Assembly (NCBI GenBank): GCA_045863235.1
Contig: BTUM01000024.1
Coordinates: forward strand, 1-64,000
Source: Candidatus Xenobia bacterium
GTDB taxonomy: Bacteria > Vulcanimicrobiota > Xenobia > Xenobiales > QWHO01
Length of the DNA stretch: 64,000 bases
Direction: 5' to 3'
The notes under the pieces are model-generated. The model was not told where the DNA came from. It saw only the letters and a list, made by a program, of their open reading frames with translations, and ran no database searches. The position numbers and the translations under genes are program-made. Below are positions 18,093-27,767 of the stretch, in pieces; within the stretch, counting starts at the first letter, position 1; the number at the start of each line of letters is the position of its first letter.

Positions 18093-18986
18093 ATGCTGCG
18101 CAAGCTGATTTTCGCACTCTGCCTCCTGGTGATGGGATGTGGCCCGGCCAGTGGGCCCGCCCCTTCCAACCCGGCCGGCCTCAAGATCGTCTGCACCACC
18201 ACCATGATCACCGACCTGGTCCAGCGCCTGGCCCAGCCCGACGCGCAGGTCGTCGGCCTGATGGGGGCCGGGGTGGATCCCCACTTCTACAAGGCCTCCG
18301 CCTCGGATGTGGCCAAACTGCAGCAATCCGACCTGGTCTTCTACAATGGCCTGCACCTGGAAGGAAAAATGACCGAGGTCTTCGAGGGGGTCAAGAAGAC
18401 CCGGCCGGTGGTCGCCGTGACCGACCGCATCCCCAAAGACAGGCTGCTCGTGCATCAGGGAACTCCCGACCCGCACGTCTGGTTTGATGTCGCGCTCTGG
18501 GCCATGTGCGTCGAGCCGGTGGCCACCGCCCTGGTCGCTCGCGACCCGCAGCACGCCGAGGAGTACACCAGTCGCGCCAAAGCCCTGACCGAGGAGCTGG
18601 CCGCACTGGATGCCTGGTGCAAGACCGAGCTGGCCACGGTTCCTGCCGAGCGGCGCATCGTGGTCACCAGTCACGACGCCTTCAGCTACTTCGGTCGAGC
18701 CTACGGCTACGAGGTGGTCGGCCTGCAGGGCATCTCCACCGTGACCGAGGCAGGCATCAGCGACGTCACCAAGCTGGTCGACTTCATCAAGCGCAAGAAG
18801 GTGCCGGCTATCTTCGTCGAGTCGAGCGTGCCCCGGGCGGCCATCGACCGGGTCAGCCAGGATTCGGGCGCCAAAGTGGGCGGAACTTTGTTCTCCGACG
18901 CCATGGGCGCGAGCGGAACCCCGGAGGGCACCTATGACGGCATGGTGCGGGCCAACGTCAAGACCATCATCGAGGCGCTGCGATGA
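18093..18986 (+). CDS. troA: Mn/Zn/Fe ABC transporter substrate-binding lipoprotein (TroA-like)
   Basis: Lipobox VMGC, GVDPH, NGLHLEG, DPHVWFD, TSHDAFSYFG and LFSDAMG. Confidence 0.93.
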   Translation: MLRKLIFALCLLVMGCGPASGPAPSNPAGLKIVCTTTMITDLVQRLAQPDAQVVGLMGAGVDPHFYKASASDVAKLQQSDLVFYNGLHLEGKMTEVFEGVKKTRPVVAVTDRIPKDRLLVHQGTPDPHVWFDVALWAMCVEPVATALVARDPQHAEEYTSRAKALTEELAALDAWCKTELATVPAERRIVVTSHDAFSYFGRAYGYEVVGLQGISTVTEAGISDVTKLVDFIKRKKVPAIFVESSVPRAAIDRVSQDSGAKVGGTLFSDAMGASGTPEGTYDGMVRANVKTIIEALR

Positions 18987-19747
18987 GCCAGCCGCCCGCG
19001 GTCGAGGTGCACGACCTGACGGTGACCTATGAGCGGCGACCGGTGCTGTGGAACATCGACCTGAGCATCCAGGACCGCCAGCTGGTGGGCATCGTGGGCC
19101 CCAACGGGGCGGGCAAGAGCACTCTGATCAAGGCCATCATGGGCCTCTTGCCGGCTTCCTCGGGCTGGGTCAAGATCTACGGCGAGCCCTTCGAGAAGCA
19201 GCGCAGCAAGGTGGGCTACGTGCCCCAGCGCGACACGGTGGATTGGGACTTTCCGGTCACCGTGCAGGATGTGGTGATGATGGGGCGCTACGGCAAGATG
19301 GGACTTTTCAAGCGGCCCGGTCCTGAAGACCGCGCGGTGGTGGCCGAGTGCCTCGAGAAAGTGGGCATGGGCGGCTTTGCCAAACGCCAGATCGGCAACC
19401 TCTCCGGAGGGCAGCAGCAGCGCGTCTTTCTGGCCCGGGCCCTGGCTCAGGACAGCCAGATCTACCTGATGGACGAGCCCTTCGTGGGGGTGGATGCGGC
19501 CACCGAGGCGGCCATCGTGACCTTGCTCGAGGAGATGCGTGAGAAGGGCCGGCTGGCCATGGTCGTGCACCACGACCTGGACTCGGCGCGCGAGTATTTT
19601 GACTCCATCCTGCTCTTGAACATGCGCGTGGTGGCCTGCGGCCCCACCGAGCAGGTCTTTACCAGCGAGCTCTTGCGCAAGACCTATGGCGGTCGGCTGA
19701 CCATCCTGTCGGACGTCTCCGAGGCCGTGGCCCAGGCCCAGCGATGA
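18983..19747 (+). CDS. troB: Metal ABC transporter ATPase (TroB-like)
   Basis: GPNGAGKST, YVPQR..VDWDFP, LSGGQQQR, MDEPF and VHHDL. Confidence 0.95.
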   Translation: MSQPPAVEVHDLTVTYERRPVLWNIDLSIQDRQLVGIVGPNGAGKSTLIKAIMGLLPASSGWVKIYGEPFEKQRSKVGYVPQRDTVDWDFPVTVQDVVMMGRYGKMGLFKRPGPEDRAVVAECLEKVGMGGFAKRQIGNLSGGQQQRVFLARALAQDSQIYLMDEPFVGVDAATEAAIVTLLEEMREKGRLAMVVHHDLDSAREYFDSILLLNMRVVACGPTEQVFTSELLRKTYGGRLTILSDVSEAVAQAQR

Positions 19748-21102
19748 GGGCTCTGGCTCTGGTGGCTCTGCTGGCGGCTCCGGCCTGGGCGGCCAAGATC
19801 TCCGAGCTGGAAGAGAGCGGCTGGCGCCAGCAGTTGGAGCGTTTTTTTCGCTTCAACGATCCGGCCGTGGTCTACGGGCTCTCGGGGGCCATCCTGCTGG
19901 GCCTGGTCTCGGGCCTGCTGGGCGCCTTCATCGTGCTGCGGGGCATGTCGCTGATGGGCGATACCCTCGGGCACGCCGTGCTGCCGGGAGTGGCCGCGGC
20001 CTTCATGGTGACCGGCCAGAAGGCCATGTTGCCCCTGATGGTGGGAGCCAGCCTGGCGGGAATCCTGGGGACGGGCGCCGTGTGGGCTATCCGGCGCTAC
20101 AGCCGGATCAAGGAAGATGCCGCCATGGGACTGGTGCTGAGCAGCTTCTTCGCGCTCGGCATCGTGCTCTTGACCCGCATCCAGAAGAGCGAGTCGGGCG
20201 CCCAGAGCGGGCTGGACCGCTTTTTGTTCGGACAGGCCGCCACCCTGGGCGCGGACGACGTGGCCATCCTGGCCCTGGTCACGGTCTTCTGCCTGGCGCT
20301 GGTGGGCCTGCTCTTCAAGGAACTCACGGTGACCAGCTTCGATCCCGTCTTCGCCACCTCCATCGGCCTGCCGGTGGGCTGGCTCAACGCCCTCTTGATG
20401 GGCCTGGTGACCCTGGCCGTGGTGGCCTCCATCCCGGCCGTCGGGGTGGTGCTGGTCTCGGCCATGCTGATCACTCCCGCGGCCACGGCCCAGCTGCTTT
20501 CGCGGCGGATGTCGACCATGCTGGCCTGGTCGGCCGTCATCGGGGTTCTGAGCGGAGCCCTGGGCGCCCTGTTCTCGTTTCTGGCTCGCGGCATGCCCAC
20601 CGGACCGTGCATGGTGCTGGCCGCCACCAGCTTCTTCCTGGCCGCCTACCTGCTCGCTCCCGAGCGCGGCCTGCTCATTCGCGCCTGGCGTCGGGCCGAG
20701 CGACGTCACCGCACCGAGCGCGAGAACCTGGTCAAGTCCATTTATCGTTCCCAGGAAGACCGCGACCACGCCGACTGGGTGACCCTGGCCGAGCTGGCCC
20801 GAGATCGCCGCGAAACCGAGCGCGACCTCTTTGGCCGCGTGCGCGGGCTGGGTTCGCTGGTGATCCTGTCGGCCGACCGGGTGCGCTTGAGCACGGAAGG
20901 TCGGGCACTGGCCGAGCGGCTCGTGCGCAACCACCGCCTGTGGGAGCTCTTCCTCACCCGCGAGGCCGACATCGCCCACGACCACGTGCACCGTGACGCG
21001 GAGGAGATCGAGCACATCCTTCCCCCCGAGGTGGTGGCCCGGCTCGAGGAGCTTCTCGAGACGCCTCAAACCGACCCCCACGGAAGGCCGATCCCCCGAT
21101 GA
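19744..21102 (+). CDS. troC: Metal ABC permease fused to a C-terminal DtxR/MntR-type domain (TroC/YtgCR-like)
   Basis: SLMGDTLGHAVLPG permease motif. The C-terminus has ENLVKSIY..TLAELAR, LSTEGR..A..LVRNHRLWELFL, DAEEIEH and DPHGRPIP. Confidence 0.92.
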   Translation: MRALALVALLAAPAWAAKISELEESGWRQQLERFFRFNDPAVVYGLSGAILLGLVSGLLGAFIVLRGMSLMGDTLGHAVLPGVAAAFMVTGQKAMLPLMVGASLAGILGTGAVWAIRRYSRIKEDAAMGLVLSSFFALGIVLLTRIQKSESGAQSGLDRFLFGQAATLGADDVAILALVTVFCLALVGLLFKELTVTSFDPVFATSIGLPVGWLNALLMGLVTLAVVASIPAVGVVLVSAMLITPAATAQLLSRRMSTMLAWSAVIGVLSGALGALFSFLARGMPTGPCMVLAATSFFLAAYLLAPERGLLIRAWRRAERRHRTERENLVKSIYRSQEDRDHADWVTLAELARDRRETERDLFGRVRGLGSLVILSADRVRLSTEGRALAERLVRNHRLWELFLTREADIAHDHVHRDAEEIEHILPPEVVARLEELLETPQTDPHGRPIPR

Positions 21103-22325
21103 TCGAGCTTTACGGCTGGATCATCGCCATGGGCCTGTGCGTCAGCATCACCTGCGCGCTGCTCGGGTCCTTCCTGGTGCTGCGTCGCATGGCGCTGCTG
21201 GGCGACGCTGTCAGCCACGCTGTGCTGCCCGGCATCGCGCTGGCCTTCTTGCTCTCGGGCAGCCGCCACTCGCTGTTGATGACGCTGGGAGCCACGGTGG
21301 CTGGCTTTCTGGCGGCTGGCCTGATCGAGTGGGTGCACCGCAACTCTCCCATCAAGCAAGACGCCTCCACGGGCATCGTGTTCACGGCCATGTTCGCACT
21401 GGGAGTGGTGCTGATCGCTCTTTATGCCGACAAGGTCGACCTCGACCAGGAGTGCGTGCTCTATGGCGAGATCACGTTCGTGCCCCTGGAGGAGCGGGTT
21501 CTGGGCGTGCCCGAGCCGGTGCTGCGCATGTTCATCGTGATGCTGGCCACGGTGGGGGGGCTGGTGGCCTTCTACAAGGAGCTGGTCGTGACCAGCTTTG
21601 ATGCCGCCCTGGCCCAGAGCCTGGGCATCTCGCCCAATCGCTATCACTACGCCCTGATGGGCGCGCTTGCGGTCACCGTGGTCAACGCTTTCGAGGCAGT
21701 GGGAGCGATCCTGGTGGTGGCCATGTTGATCTTGCCGGGTGCCACCGCTTACCTGCTGACCGATCGGCTTCCCGTCCTGCTTGGTCTTGCGACGGTACAC
21801 GCGGCTCTCAGCACGGTGGCCGGGGTCGCCCTGGCGGTGGCCGTCGACTGCTCCACGGCTGGGGCCATGGTGCTGGCCGGGGCCCTCCTTTTCGTGATCG
21901 CCTTCTTCTTCTCGCCCCTGCACGGGCTGGTGCCCCGCTGGTGGCGACGACGGGGGCTGGCCCATCGCACCGCCCAGGAGAACCTGCTGGCTCTGCTGGG
22001 CAAGGATGGCCCGCAACCCCTCCCCGGTCTTGACCGCTCGGTGGTGCGGGCGCTGGTGGGCCGGGGCTGGGTGCTCCAATCGCATGGTCGGGTGGAGTTG
22101 ACCGAGACGGGAAACCAGGCGGCCGAGCGCGTGATTCGGGCCCATCGCCTGTGGGAGACCTACATGGCCCAGGTCATGGAGATCCCCCCCGACCACCTGC
22201 ACGATACCGCCCACGATGTGGAGCACCTGCTGCAGGGGGACCTGCTCGACCGACTCGACGAGCGCCTTGGCCATCCGGCCCGCGATCCACACGGCTCGGA
22301 CATTCCCGGTCGCTCCTCAGGGTGA
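21099..22325 (+). CDS. troD: Metal ABC permease fused to a C-terminal DtxR/MntR-type domain (TroD-like)
   Basis: LLGDAVSHAVLPG and VDLDQECVLYGEI. The C-terminus has LTETG..AA..VIRAHRLWETYM, AHDVEH and DPHGSDIP. Confidence 0.92.
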   Translation: MIELYGWIIAMGLCVSITCALLGSFLVLRRMALLGDAVSHAVLPGIALAFLLSGSRHSLLMTLGATVAGFLAAGLIEWVHRNSPIKQDASTGIVFTAMFALGVVLIALYADKVDLDQECVLYGEITFVPLEERVLGVPEPVLRMFIVMLATVGGLVAFYKELVVTSFDAALAQSLGISPNRYHYALMGALAVTVVNAFEAVGAILVVAMLILPGATAYLLTDRLPVLLGLATVHAALSTVAGVALAVAVDCSTAGAMVLAGALLFVIAFFFSPLHGLVPRWWRRRGLAHRTAQENLLALLGKDGPQPLPGLDRSVVRALVGRGWVLQSHGRVELTETGNQAAERVIRAHRLWETYMAQVMEIPPDHLHDTAHDVEHLLQGDLLDRLDERLGHPARDPHGSDIPGRSSG

Positions 22326-22973
22326 TTGGAGCAGGCGCAAGACCGTCTGCATATTCTGCTCGCCGGGGTCGACCTTCCCGTAAGGCTCGCTGTTGATTCG
22401 ATCGCGCACTTCCGGGATCAGGCTTGGGTCCATGGCGGATACGTCCTGATGGGAGTAGACCTTGTCCACGCTCAGCGAGAAGCGGCTCATCAGGTAGCGA
22501 CACAGCGTGGCGCACGACTTCAGGGTCTGGGGCCGGGCCGCCAGGTCGCCGGCGTCGGCCGCCACCATCTCGATGTTGATGGCCCGGTGGTTGATGCCGT
22601 AAGCCGCCCGGGAGCGAACGTTGGGAGGGAGCACCTCCCAGATCTTGGACCCGTCGATGATGTAGTGACTGGCAAGGCCCGGACGCTCACCCAGAAACGA
22701 GCCGCTGTTGACCAGGTTCCAGGGAAAGCTCTTGCCGGCCGTATAGTGCAGCACGATGCAGGTCGGCTCGAGCTTCCAGGTATCCTCGCCGTAGTGGCGC
22801 TTGGAGTAAGCCTGGATCTGGGGCTTCCAGCTCTCGAGCTTGCGGGCCCGGGTGCGGTCGAAGACCGGCTCCGGCAGAGCCGACGACGCCAGCCAGAATG
22901 CGAGCAACAGCCAGACGAAGTGAAAGGCTCTGCCCTGAACCCCCGGAACGCTCAATCGGTTACTTGCCCTCAT
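22317..22973 (-). CDS. N-acetylmuramoyl-L-alanine amidase (Amidase_2/PGRP-like)
   Basis: IVLHYT, ASHYII, AINIEM, YSHQD and KVDPG, plus an N-terminal signal-like segment. Confidence 0.85.
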   Translation of the reverse strand: MRASNRLSVPGVQGRAFHFVWLLLAFWLASSALPEPVFDRTRARKLESWKPQIQAYSKRHYGEDTWKLEPTCIVLHYTAGKSFPWNLVNSGSFLGERPGLASHYIIDGSKIWEVLPPNVRSRAAYGINHRAINIEMVAADAGDLAARPQTLKSCATLCRYLMSRFSLSVDKVYSHQDVSAMDPSLIPEVRDRINSEPYGKVDPGEQNMQTVLRLLQSP

Positions 22974-24006
22974 CGAACGGCCCGGGGTCCAGGACCGGCT
23001 CCTCGATGGGCGGGACCTCCAGATCGGGATTGCCGGGGGTGAGCCCGGGAGCCATGGCGGGCGGCTCGGGGCGGGGCGGGGGCTCGGGGCGCGCCGGCTT
23101 GGAAGGCCTGCCGCCCACCGGGCCGCCGGCCTGCAAGCGAACGCGCTGGCCGTTCTTGCCCAGCACGACTTCCCGTCCTTCGATCGATTCCACGGTGTAG
23201 TTGCCCACGTTCTCGCCCACTTGCACGGTGATGGGCTCGCCGCCCTGGCTGAGCATGGCCTTCTTGCCCCCCTCGGTCTCCATGACGCCCATCAGCTTCA
23301 GGTTTCCGGCCGAGCCGAGCTCCGGGTCGGTGCCTGTTCCAGGCTTCTGCCGGGGCGACTTGCCTGGCTTCGGCTTCTTGGGAGCGAAGGCCGCCGGGGG
23401 CAGGTCGGCGTTGGTGATGCGGTTGGGGTCGCCGTCATCGCGCCAGGCGGTATCGTTGGCCGAGGCGGTGCTGGCGGTCGCAGCCGGCCTGGGGGCGCTG
23501 GCTGCCGGCGGAGGAGCGCTGGGGGCCGCCTCGGCCTCGGGCTGGCTGGCCAGGAACGAAGGAGTCGTGCCCTGGCGGTCGGGTACCCAGCTCTCGAGCT
23601 GCTCGGTCAGCTTGTTGTCGGGCACAGCCTGCCCGTTCTCGATGCGCCAGACGAACTCCAGGCTCTGCTCGCCTCGCGGCAGGGTCAGCTTTACGCGAGT
23701 GTCGGACTCGGGCACCCACAGGGGGGGCTTGGAGCCTTCCCAGGAACCAAGTAACTCAGCCTTGGCCCCGTTGGAGATGCCTTTGCCCACCCTTGCCTGA
23801 GCCACGGGAAGGGGGTCGAATTTCGTCACCTCAGGCGTCGGGGCGACCACCGCCGGGGCGGCCGACGCTTGCGGTTGAGGCGCCGGTGCGGTCTTGCTGG
23901 CGAGCAGGAGATATCCCAGTGCCAGGCACCCGAAGACCAGGGCCAGGCACACGGTGAGCGTGATCAGGACGACGTTTCCGCGTCGATTCGAGTAGTGGAC
24001 AGTCAT
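22960..24006 (-). CDS. Membrane-anchored Pro-rich protein with PilP/GspC-like C-terminal domain
   Basis: NRRG + TM helix, Pro/Ala linkers and LKLMGVM...KKAML....VQVGENVGNYTVESI...VVL. Confidence 0.6.
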   Translation of the reverse strand: MTVHYSNRRGNVVLITLTVCLALVFGCLALGYLLLASKTAPAPQPQASAAPAVVAPTPEVTKFDPLPVAQARVGKGISNGAKAELLGSWEGSKPPLWVPESDTRVKLTLPRGEQSLEFVWRIENGQAVPDNKLTEQLESWVPDRQGTTPSFLASQPEAEAAPSAPPPAASAPRPAATASTASANDTAWRDDGDPNRITNADLPPAAFAPKKPKPGKSPRQKPGTGTDPELGSAGNLKLMGVMETEGGKKAMLSQGGEPITVQVGENVGNYTVESIEGREVVLGKNGQRVRLQAGGPVGGRPSKPARPEPPPRPEPPAMAPGLTPGNPDLEVPPIEEPVLDPGPFDEGK

Positions 24007-24247
24007 GACCGGCGTAGATTCCGCAACCGGTGCCAACTCCCTGCGCGCCGGAGGGCCTATTTGGCAAGCATGAGCGGAGCAGGGAAAGCTTCTGATTGAC
24101 CCTTTCGAGCGAGGCCAACCCGACGGCCTGGCGACCGTTGGCATAGACCACAGGATCTCGACCCCCGAGCCTGCTTTCGGAAGTTGCGGGGATTACCACG
24201 ACCTCCCATCTGGATTTAACTGCGTAAATAGGTTATAAATTGGAAGC

Positions 24248-25411
24248 ATGATTTCACGAGAGCTCTCCCTGGGGCATCGGCTCGACCAGGGTTTCTCGGT
24301 CCTTTTGCTGGGTCCCCGGGGGGTCGGCAAGACCATGTTGGCAAGGCAGGTCTTGAGCCATCGCGCGGATAGGCTGGAGATAGACCTCCTGGCTCCAGAG
24401 TCCTACGAGCGTTACTTGCGGGATCCGTCCCTTTTCGAGCAAGACGTTCTGGGTCGTCAGGCAAAGGTGGTTTTCGTCGACGAGATCCAGAAGTTGCCAG
24501 GTTTGTTGGACGTCATCCACCGTTTGTATGAGAGGGAGCGAGTTCAGTTCCTGCTGACGGGCTCGAGCGCCAGGAAGCTGAGACGGGGAGGCGCCAACCT
24601 GCTCGCAGGCCGCCTGCTCGGAATGCGCTTGCACCCCTTGACCTGTCGCGAGGTCGCTCTGCCCGAAAGCCAAATCCTCCAGTTTGGGAGCCTTCCTGGC
24701 GTAGTGCTGGAGAACCCGGCACCTGACGCCACCTTGAGAGCCTATGTCCACCTCTACCTCAAAGAGGAGATTCTGGAGGAAGCTCTGGTGCGCAAGACAG
24801 TCGCCTTCTCCCGCTTCCTCGAACTGGCGGGACAGTACCACGGGGAGCCGGTCAACGCCACGCGGATCGGCCGACTGGTGGGTGTCTCGGCCCATACGGT
24901 CCAGGAATACTTCCAGATTCTGGAGGACACCCTGATGGTATTCCGCCTCCCCGGCTGGTCGGCCTCGGTCACCCGCCAGCTCAGGACGGCTCCCCGGTAT
25001 TTTCTCTTCGACAATGGGGTCGCTCACGCGCTCAAGGGAGAGCTGCGCGTGGAGTCGAGCCCCCGGACCTCCCGGTTCGGAAAGCTGTTCGAGAGCCGGG
25101 TGCTTCAGGAGGCGTTCTGGCTCAACGACTATCGAGAGCTCGATCTGAAGTTCAGCTACTGGCAGTCCAACACAGGCTTGGAGATCGACCTGATCGCGTC
25201 GCGCGGTGCCGGCCCCCCCCTGGCAGCGCTCGAGATCAAGTCGGACACTGCCCCCGGTCCTTCCCACTGGAAGGGTCTGACCGCCTTCCGCAGCGAGTAC
25301 CCCGAGGCGGCGTGCTTCTGTTTGTGCCGAACGCCCCATCCTTATCGGGCCTCCGATGGAGTAGAGGTCCTCCCCTGGACCGAAGGCCTTGAGATTCTGG
25401 CGAGCCTTTGA
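24248..25411 (+). CDS. AAA+ ATPase, AAA_14 + DUF4143 family
   Basis: GPRGVGKT, FVDEIQK, LTGSSARKL, LLAGR, YFLFDNGV, GKLFE and EIDLI...EIK. Confidence 0.9.
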   Translation: MISRELSLGHRLDQGFSVLLLGPRGVGKTMLARQVLSHRADRLEIDLLAPESYERYLRDPSLFEQDVLGRQAKVVFVDEIQKLPGLLDVIHRLYERERVQFLLTGSSARKLRRGGANLLAGRLLGMRLHPLTCREVALPESQILQFGSLPGVVLENPAPDATLRAYVHLYLKEEILEEALVRKTVAFSRFLELAGQYHGEPVNATRIGRLVGVSAHTVQEYFQILEDTLMVFRLPGWSASVTRQLRTAPRYFLFDNGVAHALKGELRVESSPRTSRFGKLFESRVLQEAFWLNDYRELDLKFSYWQSNTGLEIDLIASRGAGPPLAALEIKSDTAPGPSHWKGLTAFRSEYPEAACFCLCRTPHPYRASDGVEVLPWTEGLEILASL

Positions 25412-25413
25412 CC

Positions 25414-26187
25414 ATGCACCCTGCTGATTACTTCCGCGCATCCGCGGGCCGGCCGGCCCGCGGCACCCGGCCGGTGCCCTCGGAGTGGCTTCCCTGGCTC
25501 ATGGTCGAGCTCGAGCGGGGCACCGTCCAGGTGTTGGACCTCAACGACAACCGTTCCCTGCACAGGGTCCGGTTGCCGAGCGGTCGCTACCAGGTGTCGA
25601 TCCGGGGTTATGACTACGCGGGGTTGCGCCTGGTGGCCGGAGTCCGGCTGCTCCAGCCCGATCAGAGCGCCGAGCGAGACGACGGTGCAGGGATGCTCCC
25701 CATCGAGGGCGCCATGCTGGGGTTGAGAGCCGCCTGGAGCTTCCCCGACCAGCCCGACGATCAAGACATGCCTTTCGGTGTCAGGAACCGCTGTCTGTTC
25801 GTGCAGACGGGCCTGGGCGACGGAGTATACAACCTCTACCACCTGGTCAAAGACAATGCGAGAGTCGGTCTGGAGGCCGAGTTCCTGTTGCCGCACCTGG
25901 GATACGGCGAGATGGAGCAGCAACCCAGGGCCCTGGCCTACTACGAGCTCGAGCGAATCATGATGGACCTCCAGGACGAGCCTGAGCCCGGCGATCACCC
26001 GGCTCTGCGCGGCTGGCAACTCGAGCTGCTCTTCCAGGAAGCGGCCGACGCTTTTCGCGCCAAGGACTATCCTCGCGTCATCAGCCTGCTCTCCAAAGCC
26101 GCGGAAGAGGAACTGGACCGCACCGCGCGGGCCCGCCTGGATTATGCCCGCAAAAAGGTCAGCTCTTCAGGACCGGGTCCCACCTGA
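25414..26187 (+). CDS. Hypothetical protein (DUF4241-like motif, helical C-terminus)
   Basis: PSGRYQV and TGLGDGVYNLY...GLEAEF resemble DUF4241. It directly follows the ATPase. Confidence 0.55.
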   Translation: MHPADYFRASAGRPARGTRPVPSEWLPWLMVELERGTVQVLDLNDNRSLHRVRLPSGRYQVSIRGYDYAGLRLVAGVRLLQPDQSAERDDGAGMLPIEGAMLGLRAAWSFPDQPDDQDMPFGVRNRCLFVQTGLGDGVYNLYHLVKDNARVGLEAEFLLPHLGYGEMEQQPRALAYYELERIMMDLQDEPEPGDHPALRGWQLELLFQEAADAFRAKDYPRVISLLSKAAEEELDRTARARLDYARKKVSSSGPGPT

Positions 26188-26551
26188 CTGCGCCTCGCTC
26201 TTGAGGGAAAATTGTTAGTGGTGAGAATGAGCCTCCTCCCCGATCTCTATTTGGATTGAGGTCCTCGATGTCTGGAGGGGGGCATTCCCTGTGTTGAATT
26301 GAATTCTCGGCAGGAGCTCTTGGAGGCGCTCGGGATGCCGAAGGCGAGGAATTCCGAGCCCACTGCCTGCGGATGCCTTTCCTGAGCGTAGCACTCCCCA
26401 CCGCTGCTTGCTGCTGCCAGGCCGTCCGACGTTGCTGGCTGGCTTGCAGGCCCGGCCCGATGGTAGAGCGAAGTTCAAGCTCTTGGAGGTCCACTCCAGA
26501 GCGACGACAAGAGCGGCAGAAAGGTCAGCGACGAGAGGAGCGGAAGATAGA

Positions 26552-27376
26552 TTGTCCACCCCGCGTGCTTTACAGATCGGCGATACCGTCTACCGCATGG
26601 ACGAGATCAGCTGGGTCAAGTTTCAGCGCCTCACCACCCTGGAGCAGGTGGCGCGCTGGAGCCTGGTCGCGGCCGGGGTGCTGTTCTTCCTGATGGTTGC
26701 CCAGGGCAAGCAGAGCATGGTCAACATCGAGGGGCTCATCGGTCTGTTCAGCCTGATCGCCGGGCTGCAAATTGCCGCCGGCAATCGCATCGCCAGCAGT
26801 GGAGACATCGAGGAGACCTACTACGAGCATCGCATTCGCGCCACCCCCGGCCAGATCGGGCCCCGGCTCAAAGAGCACAACCCCGACATGCTCGAGCTGT
26901 CCAACCAGCAACACGGCTACCACTACTACGTGCAGGCCTCGCGGGTGGCCTGGTGCAGCCCCTGGTCCTCCATCAACTGGTCGCCGCTCTGGCTGGTGCT
27001 GATCTTCGGGGTCTACTTTGCCATTCTGGCCAACAATCTCCAGTTGCCCCAGATCAAGCCCTTCGACCAGGTCGAGCTGTTCCGTTACAAGAGCGGGCTG
27101 GGAGCGGTCAAGTTCCTGGCTATCGTCAACATCGTTTTGGCCGTCGTGGCCATCGTGGCCTCCTTCAAGACGGGCCTGCGTGTCTCGGCGGTGGGCGGTC
27201 TTTCGGATGGTCTGCCCCTCACCCTGGCTGACCGCCAGAAGCTGGTCAGCTACCTGATCAACGCCGGCTCCGAGAACAAGCGCAGCGAGCCCGTCCCGGC
27301 TGCGGCCCCCCCACCCGCAGCGACGACGCCGGCCCCCCTGGAGACCCCCGAGCCGGCGCCTCAACCCCAGACTTGA
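26552..27376 (+). CDS. Hypothetical multi-pass membrane protein
   Basis: About four hydrophobic helices and a Pro-rich tail. Start placed at TTG 26552 after GAGGAG; the ORF is open from 26408. Confidence 0.7.
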   Translation: MSTPRALQIGDTVYRMDEISWVKFQRLTTLEQVARWSLVAAGVLFFLMVAQGKQSMVNIEGLIGLFSLIAGLQIAAGNRIASSGDIEETYYEHRIRATPGQIGPRLKEHNPDMLELSNQQHGYHYYVQASRVAWCSPWSSINWSPLWLVLIFGVYFAILANNLQLPQIKPFDQVELFRYKSGLGAVKFLAIVNIVLAVVAIVASFKTGLRVSAVGGLSDGLPLTLADRQKLVSYLINAGSENKRSEPVPAAAPPPAATTPAPLETPEPAPQPQT

Positions 27377-27425
27377 AGAGCTTTCGCGCGTAGGAGTCGC
27401 GCTTCGGGAAGGCGAATTCTCCTGC

Positions 27426-27680
27426 ATGGCGTTGGGGATCGCGTTTTTTGCCCTTATGGCCCTGTGGCTGGTGGGCTGGCGCATGGCGACGACCCACCCC
27501 GAGCAGTGGGGCCGTCCTCAGTCTCCCGAAGTCAAGCCGGCCCGGCCGCCTCGGGTCAAGACCGCCAGCGAGCTGCCCGTGCCGCAGTTGGTCGATACCG
27601 GCGGTGGGCCCCTCCTCACCGGGGCCCGTCACAGCGCCGGTTGGCAGGCCCCCGACGGCACCAGCCTGTCGCTCAACTGA
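27426..27680 (+). CDS. Small membrane-anchored hypothetical protein
   Basis: N-terminal hydrophobic helix, 84 aa. Confidence 0.5.
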   Translation: MALGIAFFALMALWLVGWRMATTHPEQWGRPQSPEVKPARPPRVKTASELPVPQLVDTGGGPLLTGARHSAGWQAPDGTSLSLN

Positions 27681-27767
27681 CCAACTGTTCACAATCCGTC
27701 TTTGGCCTGCGACGACCCCTCCAGAGTAGACTAAAAAGAAAAACTGGTTTTCTGGAGGACTCTACCC

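Noticed and set aside
26445..26500. tRNA-like look of tggtagagcg...gttcaa
   Set aside because: No cloverleaf can be built, the spacing is wrong and there is no acceptor stem.
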